This document shows positions 1-64,000 of a DNA stretch of 64,000 nt, one piece after another. The notes beneath the pieces are model-generated. The model searched no databases. It was not told where the DNA came from and was given only the letters and a program-made list of their open reading frames with translations. The position numbers and the translations under genes were made by a program. Positions within the stretch are counted from its first letter, which is position 1. Each line of letters starts with the position of its first letter. Origin of the DNA: Chrysomallon squamiferum (taxonomy: Eukaryota > Animalia > Mollusca); the NCBI GenBank assembly GCA_012295275.1, contig CM022665.1:30752001-30816000 (forward strand), read 5' to 3'.

Positions 1-2782
1 CCTTATCAGCATGTTTCATCTTGCAGATATTATCCCTGCTACTAAAATAATCTCTGGGGAAAAAAAAATATATATATATATAGAAAAAAAGCTAGCATAA
101 TAGACTGAATTTCTGTACAATAAATATTAATTAAGTAAAATAGATTAATATGTTAAAATCAGCTCCTTATTAGCAGAAACATTAAAATGTCAATCAGTTG
201 TGCTGTAATGATTTATTGAACTGCTTACACAATGTTGTTCCAGCTGAAACTGAATGTGTAATACAGGGTAACAGATGTTATAACAGAGTTTTGTCTGAAC
301 AGTTAAAGACTTACACCAGCAATTTCCATGACACTGGATCTACAGAAATAGACATTGTTCTTTTTCTTTTTGTAATCTGCTGATGACTGGAATTAAAGAA
401 AACAAATCCAAATATATAGACACAACTTGTATAAACATTGCATACACATACATGCAGACTACACTTATGCATGCACAAGCACAAATATTATATAAACATG
501 CATCTGCATGTACACCTATACAGATAAAAAGCATAATTTCAATGATAGACACACATATTTGCACATGTGATTAATACATAGCCATATTCAAACCTTGTCC
601 TTGATTTACACATGAGTGCTCTTGTTTGAAATAAATATTATACTTATTTTCAAAACATATAAAAAAATCTATAAATAAAGTTTCCTGTGATTCTCTCTTT
701 TTATGTGACCTAATCACTTGTAAATTAATTTTTACAAAACATGGGAAAACAAGGCTTTCAGAAAGTGGATGTGTCATTGTTGTGTGTCTTACTCTGTATG
801 CGTGCGTGTGTGTGATATAATGTAACTATTTATTCACTATTACATACTTACAGAATAAAGTAATTTTGTTTAATAACAAGTAATGTCTTACCTGAAGGCA
901 TAATGGATGGTCATTGAACTTTCAAAATTTTACAAATATTTTAGTTATCACTGTAGTATGTAAAGCCAGATACTGTTGATTTGGTTGTAGGAGAAACTAT
1001 AGAATTTTGTATAGCTGTCGTGGTAAAATATTATTTTTGATCTAGTGCAAACAGTTATTGTCACTTTAATACATTTTGGCTAAAGGAGGTATCTGTCATC
1101 TTGATTTATATATACATATGTTAAACTCTTTTCTAGATTAAGAACTGATAACTTCAGATCACAGGAAAGCTCTCTGATGCAAACATTCACAAACCCACTA
1201 AAAGTAAATGCATGTATAAAGTAGAAATCTTATTTTTAGGTCAAGATACCTCACACTGACAGCCAAGTGCAATTTTATTGTCATCCATTTGGGGGTTTGC
1301 ACTTGATGAATGACCAGCTTTTATGTGTCAGGCCAAGAGAAAAGAGTACATTCTTATGAGATAGCTGGCGACCCAGAAGAATTTGACTTGCCTCTGTTTT
1401 TATTTATGGTCTGGTAGTAGCAACAAGTGTGTTCTCCTTACACACTCATCCTTGGTGTCACACTTGCAGTTACCATCTTTCACTGTAAAATCATATTTTT
1501 CTGCAGACCTTTTTAGCTAGTTTGTTTATTTGTATGTTCTGTCCTTTGTTGTTTTGTTTTTTTAGGGGGGTTAAGAGAGATTATTTGGCTGCAGAATTGG
1601 ATTTAGTCAAGACAGTGCCATTACTGAGGGAACTTTCATGATAAAATTATAAATAGCAAAGAGAAAAAACAAATAAATAAATAAATAATGGAGGCATCTG
1701 CCTATATCAACATAATAATGTAAGATGCTTTAACTACTTGTATTTTTCTTTTTGAAGTAAGACAGCCTTCATATATACATTTTATGAAGGTCATAATAAC
1801 CCACACAAAAAAACCACACAAAAAACAAGCGGTAAATAAAAATCTAAATTAAGTATCATAGTATGTATTTTGTACAATGACACCTTTACATAAACCTCTT
1901 CTGAAACAGTAATAAGAATTTAAAAAACAAAACAAAAATTACCAAAAAATAATCCAGTTCAAGTATTTTAGTATATATACTGTACAATGTATATATGTTT
2001 ATGCTTGTATTGTTGAATAAATTCCAGTCAGGTGTAAACAAATATGTATTGTTACAGAAGACAGTATCTATTCATGTGTGAATTAACAAACAGTGAGATT
2101 TACCACTAAGTAAGCAGCAGTCCAAGGATTTTAAGTAAACTTACAATGTTGATCTGGATTCTCCATTTGTGTTGTCCATGAAAATAGTGTGCAAGTTTAA
2201 TGACTTATTTGACATTAAAATTTAAATATTTGAACATTTGTTGCACATAAGAATCTTAGCTTGTTTGTTTTTCTGTCTCAGGCTCTTCTGATATACCTTT
2301 TTTTATTTTTATTTTTTTTATCATCATATACACTCTCTCTCTGTTTCTTATGCATTGGCACATACACTACACATACTCAGATCTACATATGTCTTCTATC
2401 ACTTTCCCACACCCTTCATTCTGTCTGTCTCTCCTTTTATCACTTATTTCTCTATCATTTCATTTTTTTCTGTATTGTTTGTAATCATGTTTCTCTTATT
2501 TAAGCAATACAAGTTTTGTAAACAGTAATTTTAACAATGCATTTTTCATTTCCCATGCAGATCTGACATGTCTGGTTTGGGTGTGACATCTGGTCATTGA
2601 TCTGTGGCTGATTTATTATTGTGGTGTATTGGAACACAAAGCTTTCTTCTCTCAATTTCCTGTTATTTTAGCTGTCTCTGCTCTGATAGAAAGTTATTTC
2701 AGACCTCAAACATAACAAGACCACTTGATCAGGTTATTTTCTTCCTAGCATAATACTTGTCTGTTAATGAAATACATTGATG

Positions 2783-2851
2783 GATTATACAAAACACTGT
2801 GCATTTATTTATTTATAGATTATACAAAACATTGTGCATTTATTTATTTAT
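2783..2851 (+). repeat. 35-bp tandem duplication
   Basis: GATTATACAAAACA(C/T)TGTGCATTTATTTATTTAT twice. Confidence 0.9.
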
Positions 2852-4369
2852 TTACTTTTTTATCTATACTTTCAATGATCTGTGATCTTTTCAGTCATCT
2901 AACAGAGAAATACATTTGTTGATTAAGGTATATTTAAAAAAAAAGAAAAAGAAAAAAGGCTAATGTTATCATTGAAGATGATGACAAATTCTAAAATATT
3001 AATATACACTATTGTTTTTACAGTATATTTTTTTCCTGGTGTGTCAGATAAGTTCATTGTTCTTTCAATCAAGCTTGGTTTTCTTCAGTGCACCAACGTT
3101 TACCATGACTGGTCAGTTAAAAATTGTTTTTTTTTTTTTGATGTATGAGAATGTGCAAATAAAATATCTGTCCATGTTTTTTGTAAAAGACTGGCAACAG
3201 GTATCCTTGTTTTTTGTTTTTTTAATCATCTATCTGATCCTTTACCATGTGTGATGCCCTGTAGCTATATGAAAAATGTGGAGTCCAACATTAAATGAAA
3301 TTGATGTTTGTTCCTTCCTATTTTTAGAAGGAATATAAAAAGTGTCCTAACTGTTACTAAAAGTTCATTATGAACTAATGGAAGAAAATTTCTGTCCTTA
3401 GTTTTCATGTATTATCTATTTTTATCATATTTTAACATTTAATTGCTATTAAAATATGTTCAGGTGCCATTTAAAAAATATCAGTTCATTCAACTGCATA
3501 TCCATTTATTTAGTTTTCTTTTTTGTCTAACCACCTGTTGCCATAAACATATTACATTTTCTTTTATTGATTTAAGATGACAAATTTCCTTTCAGTTACA
3601 GAATTCATAACATTTCTTGAAACCACTCACAGTATATAGGTTCATTTGTACTGAGATGGGTAACTTGCCCCAAGCTGTACATGAAGACAGTAAGACAAAT
3701 GTGAAAATATCTTCAGTATTGCACCAGTTCCTGTTAGATAATGTCTCAAGGCTGAATATTTGTTCAAACTGATAAATGGAAAGATCACCTCATAATATTA
3801 TCAACAAAAGTATAACGCCCACAGCTGCCAGCATTTGTACTGAATTCTTTAATTTTACATCAAAATAAAGATGAAAACAAATAGTCAGTTGCCAAGTGTT
3901 GTTAATATAATACACTGGCACATTCATCTGTGTAATGATTGTAAAACTTAATCTGTTGTAAATGTATACATAAATTACAAATATTACTTTTTTTTTTTTA
4001 CTCTTTTGATTATTATAGATCAATTACAAATGAAAAAGACTTCTCTAGACATTTCTGTATTTACACCAGTTTTACTTAAACACATCTATTCATGAAATGT
4101 AAATAATTTACATCTGATATGGTGATGGAAAGTCATTTAGCTCTAGATGGGTTGCTTCTAAAAGTTAGATAGAATGATCACCTGTTACTAATTAAACAGC
4201 AGAATTTTCCTTTTCTTTATCTGTACTTGCAAGTTTTCAAAAATAAAACTTTCTCTTTATTAACTTAAACTTCATTACTGTGTAGATTTATGACACCATT
4301 TGTCCTGTAGAGATATTAATATCTGGAGATATTAAAATAAGAAGACAGGATCTTGTATCGCTGTGACTT

Positions 4370-4684
4370 GTGTATAAACCAGGTCTTTTGACAGCCCAGC
4401 CCTAATACTTGATGAATGAGTGAAGCGGGAATTTCAGCCTGTTTTTATTGTGGGTCAGCCAAGTTGCGCCAATCTGCTTTACATTTGTGCTAGCTCTGTG
4501 GACACTTACTAAGGCTGTGAGAGTTTACCTTTCAAGCAGAAGTCTGGACACTTTAAAATCATTATACTTGAAATAGCTACATACTCGGCTGAATTTTTGT
4601 TTCTTTTGTTAGCTTACCTGGATTATCATTTCTATTGCTGTTCACACATACACATTTTAATTTTTTTGGAAAAAAAAGGTAAGT
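4370..4684 (+). promoter_or_regulatory. Candidate promoter and non-coding first exon of the spectrin gene
   Basis: Locally less AT-rich with several CpGs, CCAAT at 4469, and a consensus donor AAG|GTAAGT at 4679. The first coding exon has an acceptor, so an upstream UTR exon must exist somewhere; this location is inference. Confidence 0.3.
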
Positions 4685-5968
4685 TATATGTAGGCAAGAG
4701 ACATACGGTCTGATACACTTGCTATTGTTCAGAATGGAATGTCTTTATTTCTCTTAAAATTGTCCCAGAAAGAAAGAGCTGGCCTGTTGTTTAATGGGTC
4801 ATCTTCTTTCAGGTTCGGATTTTTTTCAACAGGTGCTACAAAGAGCTGTGGTATTGATTGAAGATTTAAACTCTCTTTTTAATAATGCATGCAGTATTAT
4901 GGGTCAGTGTAAATGACTTGTTGCATGAAATATTCAAGCAGGTTGTGTCTTTGGACATTTATTAATATCTTTAAACTTTTGAAATTCAATAAATGGCATG
5001 ACATTCTGATTTAGGAAATAACATTTCCTGCAAGATGTTTAGTTTTTAAAGAGGTCAGTGAAATTAATGATAGCAAATTGTTGTAATTGTCTGTAGTTAC
5101 ATTTAGCTGCAGTTAACTCTGCAGATCTGTGTGACAGTGGAGGTGCAGTGCAGGCAAAGGTATGTTAATGTGTGGTCTGCATTCACCACCATATACACCA
5201 GTGAGTCATTGGTTATTCTGTTATAAAACATATTGTGCATACTGGGGTGCAAGGACAACATAGGATTGGTTGCACAGTATATTTAATCAGGTAATATGCA
5301 GAGACTTGAGGGAGATTCAAGGTGTTTTTTAGTTGTTTTCTTTTATCAATAATTTTATGGAAAAGGTAATGGCTAATTTTAAATTTAGTGAATATAACAA
5401 ACTGATACTGTCCACGCTGAGATTAGGTTGTATATTAATATTTTAATTTTATTTTTATTTATTTTTAAAAAATTTATTTTATATTTGTTTTACTTTGCTT
5501 TATTTTAACTTTTATTTATTTTACTATTAATTTTTGTTTAATTTATGTTCTTATTAGTTATTAGTTATTATTTTTAATTGTAAATGTTTAAAAATAATGT
5601 GATTTATTTAAATTCTCTAAAATATTTTTAAAAATAACAATTGTGACCTTTTTATACAATGCTTGCCTTTAACTTAATTCTATTAATTTAAAAAAAAAAA
5701 AAAAAAAAATTCTTTGCCCACCCAGTAGTATGGTTAACTGTTCATCTATTTAATGCCTTGTTGGTTCAGATCTGTATTTGTGCCAGTCAGATGCTTGCCC
5801 ACATATATCAGTCTAAGCTGTTACATAGAGTTAAAACTGTTAATTCAAAACCCTACATGATTTTCAAACATGTGGCAGCATCAATACTAGTACTGCTTCT
5901 GCTACTGTTTTATAACTACTGCTGTTTCTATTATTACTATTACTACCACAACTACTACTGCAGCTATC

Positions 5969-6078
5969 AAAACTGATTATGTTAGTAATAATGCTATTAT
6001 CATTGCTAATTTAACTTCAGTATTTAAAACTGATTGTTATTAATGCTATTCTCGTTGCTAATTTAACTACTGTATTTA
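5969..6078 (+). repeat. About 57-bp tandem duplication, diverged
   Basis: AAAACTGATT..TTA.TAATGCTATT.TC.TTGCTAATTTAACT.C.GTATTTA twice. Confidence 0.8.
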
Positions 6079-9000
6079 CTACAGCTACAAAACTTCAGTG
6101 TCTACTGGTCAATTATTACTACAGTAACTATCAATGCTGAAAATGTTACTGTTGCTTAGTACCATAATTACTGCAATTATCTGCATTTAATAATTTTACT
6201 ATTATTATTATCAGCTTAACCACCTCTGCTACTAGAGCTGCTTCTGCTACTTATATGACTATGCTGCTATTGCTTCTGCAATTACTACTAATATACCACC
6301 ACTACTATTACAAATAAATATCTCTAAACATTTTTTTTTAAATGCTGTGTAATCTAAATTGTTCATTGAAAGTGCTGTGATAATGAGAACTGTTTTTTTT
6401 ATTTATATTTTTTTTTATCTGTATTGTTTATGATGGAGCTAATCCCTGTCATTAAGTGAATACTATCAGAAGTATCAGATGTCTACATTTACATTTGATG
6501 GAGTGTTTAGGAGTAGATGAGTGTGTCTGGAATTTATCAACCAGTTTACTGTTAGTTTTAAAGTGTCTACACTTTTAGCATCTGTTTATCAAAACCTTTG
6601 ATCTATGGCGGTGAAGATTAACAGTTAACATTTAATAATCCTTTGTGTATGTTAAATTCATCAAATGTTTTGACAGATCTGAACACTAATTATAGAGTTT
6701 ATTCTGTAACACTGTACTAATTTACATATATTCAGACATAGCTGTTTCCAGTATGAGTTTGGACTACTTAACAATAATGAATCCTTAATATGTTTGTTTT
6801 ATTTATTTTTTTTAAAAAGAAGAAAAAAGATCAAAGCTTGGGTTAAAGTGGGCTGTATATTATTGGTTAGCGTGTAAAAATGGAGCAGGAAAGACTGCAC
6901 AATTTTCTTTCATGTGCCCACTGCACAGTTTTCCATTCACACCTGTGTCATACAACAGATATATCAATATGTGCTTTCCTGTCTTTCAGAAAATGAATAT
7001 AAAGATCATTGCTACATATCCAAACATTTTTTTGAAAAAAAGTTCTCAACATTGAATTTCTTGCATTATCTTGTCTTAAACTCTATGTATGAAAATATTT
7101 TAATAAATAGTAAATAAAACATCTCAAAGCTAATTATACTCTTTATGTTGCTAGTGTGTGTAATTCAGTACAGCACTGGGTTTCATCAGCAAATGGTTGT
7201 TATTTGATTACAGTATTACAGTCGTTTATTTTATTAATAAAACTGAGATTTCATGATAAGGATAACCAAATCATTTCATTGTAATTATTTTTCACAAATT
7301 AGCATGCAACTGCAAAAAACAGTAATTTAAGAAGTTTGATTAAAAAAACCTTTTATCTTTTTTTTAGTCTTTTTTTGGTCTGGAAAATTCATTACATATG
7401 GTCTAAAAACACTGCAAAAAGAAGAGAGAAACATTTCAAACACTGCCTCCCTCAAAAAAAAATCTTGTTGAAGACAGAAAATGGTGTTTTGTTTCACAAA
7501 CAACTGTTGTATCAGAGTGTTTATAGAAAACATTAACACCAAACATAAGCTTGCACTGAGGTGTTTGTCTGCAAATATGGACTCTGTTACAACATCGGCT
7601 GTTTGAGTAAGACCAGGACAACAACAAAAACTGTCTCAGTTCCTACTTGGATCTGTTTGAAGATTTGCATTTCAAGGTCTTCCTTAACGATGCCAAGTTT
7701 TTAAAACAGGTGCACATGTTCAGGCTTTTCATCTCTTCGAGTTATCTAAAATTATCCTTATGCTTGTTATTTGTTCTGTCGATCAAGATGAATTTGATTT
7801 ATGACAAACGTGTAACATCTGCTGTTTAAATTTAGAAAATTTTCTGTATTGTTTGGAGTGTGTCAACAGCTGATTGGAAATTTACTCTGGTGATATATGA
7901 GAGGTATTATTATAATGTTTAACAGATGAATTGATTACAGTGCTTATTGAATGGTTTATACATGGAAACTATGTCAATGGGACAATGATTCATTGTATGT
8001 GTATCAAACTGATCAAAAACTGACAGTTGACATCATGTGGTACTTTGTGAAAACAACATATTATCTTTAATTGGAATTTAATTTGACATTATTTTCAAAG
8101 TTTAAATGAATGTAGCAAATACATAAACAAAATTTTACTGAAATCTTTTGAGTCAAACTTTGTCACTAAACTCTGAATAGTAATTAAGAGACTGATAGGC
8201 TTAATGTTAAATAGTTTGGCCACATTTTGATTTTATTAATTATTGAAAAAAAATATTATCTAATGAAGAAAAAACATTCTGGTCATACCATTTAAAGGGC
8301 TATTCTAAATACATTTTTTAAGTTTCAAAATATGATTAGAACATTTATTTAAAAACGTAAACAAACAAAAAATAAACATTAACAGTTTTTATTTATTCCC
8401 TTTGAAAAATAAAATACAGAAAGGCCAAAGAAGGTCAAAGAATTAATCTACTCACTGGATTATTTGGGAACATTTCCCAATTTCAAGTAGTTTGTATTCA
8501 GTCTTGCTTTGTTTTCCAACATAAAATCCTATGTACCATTTTCAATTTGCACTCCATGACTGGTATGTACTTTCGTATATCATTATACAAAAATATTATT
8601 ATATCTAATAACCATTAATATTACACTATTCTGAATGCACATTAAGCATTTGTTACTCATTCATTTCCTTTGTACTTAGTAGACTACAAATCTAGGACCA
8701 GATGACATCATCCAGAACACTGATGTATTAATACTGATTGTAAAAAATTGGCAAATGTTAATGAATAGGTCTCTGGCAGCATCAGTTTGTCCTGTGATTA
8801 AATATTGATGTCTGGCACATGGTCCAAATACAGGTATTGTTTTCAAAGTTTGAGGTACGTGTAGAAACTTTGCCTGGGTAAATATGTGTATAAACTCTTG
8901 TGTGAAATTCCACTTAAAACTTTAAGTTCTTTTGGTCACAAATCAAGCCTTATGTTAACACAGCCAGTATCCCTAACAAACACAAAGTTCTGCCAAACAC

Positions 9001-10102
9001 TGAATTTGCTCTGAGGTTTCATCAGTGATCAGAATGTTCTTTTTATTTCACTGTTGATATACTCCAGTTTTATCAAACAAGATAATGATTTCAGATTTTT
9101 TTATCAGTAATTTAACAGATTTTTTTTTAATATCCTCACTATCCCTTTTGTTGACAATTTAAAGACAAACTTTTGAAATATGTGACTTCAGTTATTGCAC
9201 CTACTTGATAACAGAACTTTTCTGGAGAAATATATTAAACTGAAAATTTCAGTCTTTGATCCTAAATCAAACTGACATGTTAGAAGAGATGTGATGAGTA
9301 ACATTATTTTTAACATCATTTTCAGTTATTTTCAATTAATATGAACAGAAAAGTAATCAGTCTATTTAATTGAACTAACTGTACCCTCAAAACTAGGTAA
9401 TTAAAACTATTTTTAAAAATCATTTCTGTCTAGGGATAAGTAAGTAAAGTCTCATTTTGGTTCATTTGTCTTAGTGGTATGTGTAATCTCCTTAGTATTT
9501 GGGAAATTTTGTTATTTCTTTAAAGTTTGGCAAAGATTTGGCTATGTAATTCTAGAAGTTATTTCATGTTTGATTATTTATTTGATGTTTGGCTCACTAA
9601 GTCATGGTCTTTTCATGCAGGTTACATATTTGTCTTATTGATTAGACAATTTCTGATCACTGATTTTATATTTATTGCCACTTTATTTGATCATAATTTC
9701 TTTACAAATTATACTGCAGGTTTCATATTAGCACATCGATGTTTAAAACTATAACTGACACTAAAATAGTAGTTAGTGTAGTATTAGTTTCAGCCTTTGA
9801 AAACATGTTTTATATTATGACATGACAGAAATTTTATTTATCTAATTTTACTTGGTAAGCATTTCTTTTCATCAAAGTTAACATGAGAGACATTTTACAC
9901 TGAATTGTTATTAACATCTTTCTTTTATTTCTGTGGTAATGCCAAAATATAAATATAAATCTCTGTATTTATAATTATCCCATAAACATTTCTGTGTATG
10001 AAATGATAATGTCTGTTGGTTTGTTATTTTTTACTGGCCCAATGAGATGTCTGAAGGAAAGAAATGTATGACTATTTTATTTATTTATATAATTGTTTTA
10101 TT

Positions 10103-10184
10103 CATTTTATACATTTCCAAGTTTCTGGTGACAAAACTTTGCATTTATATATTTGTCACCAGAAACTTGGAAATGTATAAAATG
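10103..10184. repeat. Perfect 33-bp inverted repeat with a 16-nt loop
   Basis: 10103-10135 CATTTTATACATTTCCAAGTTTCTGGTGACAAA is the exact reverse complement of 10152-10184. Confidence 0.95.
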
Positions 10185-11326
10185 TCTTTAAACAATCTGC
10201 ATTTACTACCAATGCTGTACATTAAGTATTCAGATTTAATAAAATCATAAACAGAAGGAAATCATCATAATTTTTAAATTAACAGAATAAATGACTCTAA
10301 AATAAATACTTTTGGTGATCTGTAGGAAAAAAATAAATATTTTATTGAATGCCTAATTAACGGGCTGCTTTTCTTTTTTTTTTTCAAGAGAAGAAAATCC
10401 TTGAAATGATATGTTTCATAGTCAGAAAAGCACATAGCACAACTTCTTGATAAATTAATTTTGGAGTCCCCCCCCCCAGTTTCTCTTTTAGAAATTAGTT
10501 CAGACCTGGGTCATAATTAGTATAACAAGTTAATTGTTTCCTTATGGTCATTACAAGATACATTTCATTAGCAATGCTGTGGCAGTGACCTTTAAACTTG
10601 CCACTTAGTTTTATAAACAGAAACAGTTGTCTCTTAAACATTTTGACATTTTGCTCTGAGTGGACTTCACATGTGTAAATAAACTAAATGACAGAAATAA
10701 ACTGTATTACTTGCTTTTGGAGACTGCAACATTTTTTGTAATAACTAAACTTCATTTATATAATATATCTCTGTATACTTTTTATTACATTTTTAAAAGG
10801 TACTTTCTTTTTTAAAAGATAAAAACAAAAAATAATCCAAAAATAATAATAATAATAATAAATCTCAAATAAAACTGATACTGCTAATTTAGTTAGAGAT
10901 ATTTTCTTCTTGGTATGCTGTATGCAGATTAGATTGATGATGTCAGTATTGGGAAAGTTTTACAGGTAGTGTTATTTTGTTTAATGATTTGCAAAATAAT
11001 TTAAAAATTTGTTTAACGAAAACAGCAACAACAACAAAAACACAAAAAAGACAGTTTGTTAGATATAATAAGTTTGGGCCATGAAATAAACAAATTAAAA
11101 AAAAAAAGATTTTTAGTTGTATCTTCTGAATATTTTGTTGTTACGCTGATTCAGTATATTAGGTTGTATTCATCTGAAAGTATAAGAAATTTAACTAATA
11201 CATTTTTATTTTTATTTTTATTTTTTTTAAACCTGTAGATGATAATGATTATTATTTAATTATAAATTTGTTTGTTTTAACAGGTGGATATAATGTAATA
11301 GTGGAGATGCTAGCCACTTGACCAAC

Positions 11327-63955
<52,629 letters not shown>

Positions 63956-64000
63956 GTAATAATCCATTAATTTGTAAATAAATGAATGTTAATCATATGT

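Noticed and set aside
198-11238. Many 60-80-aa ORFs upstream of the spectrin start
   Set aside because: F/L/I/Y/C-rich composition typical of AT-rich non-coding DNA, with no domains or exon chain

Overview
Very AT-rich, CpG-poor, intron-rich animal genomic DNA (an invertebrate, probably a mollusc; this is inference). The + strand carries the 5' part of a beta-heavy spectrin gene (karst/SPTBN5/sma-1 type). I traced 40 coding exons by hand from ATG 11327 to 63955 (5148 nt, 1716 codons, all phases consistent); the gene runs off the window end. It encodes two CH domains, spectrin repeats and an SH3 domain. Two of its introns need non-canonical GC-AG splicing. The 14.2-kb intron that splits the SH3 domain contains a nested antisense class A GPCR with an intronless ORF (GPR161-like orphan, 326 aa) and a truncated Tigger/pogo DNA transposon. 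The rest is intron with microsatellites, degenerate SINE-like copies, local duplications and two clean hairpins. Most short ORFs in the supplied track are noise or exon read-throughs. No RNA genes or CRISPR arrays were seen.
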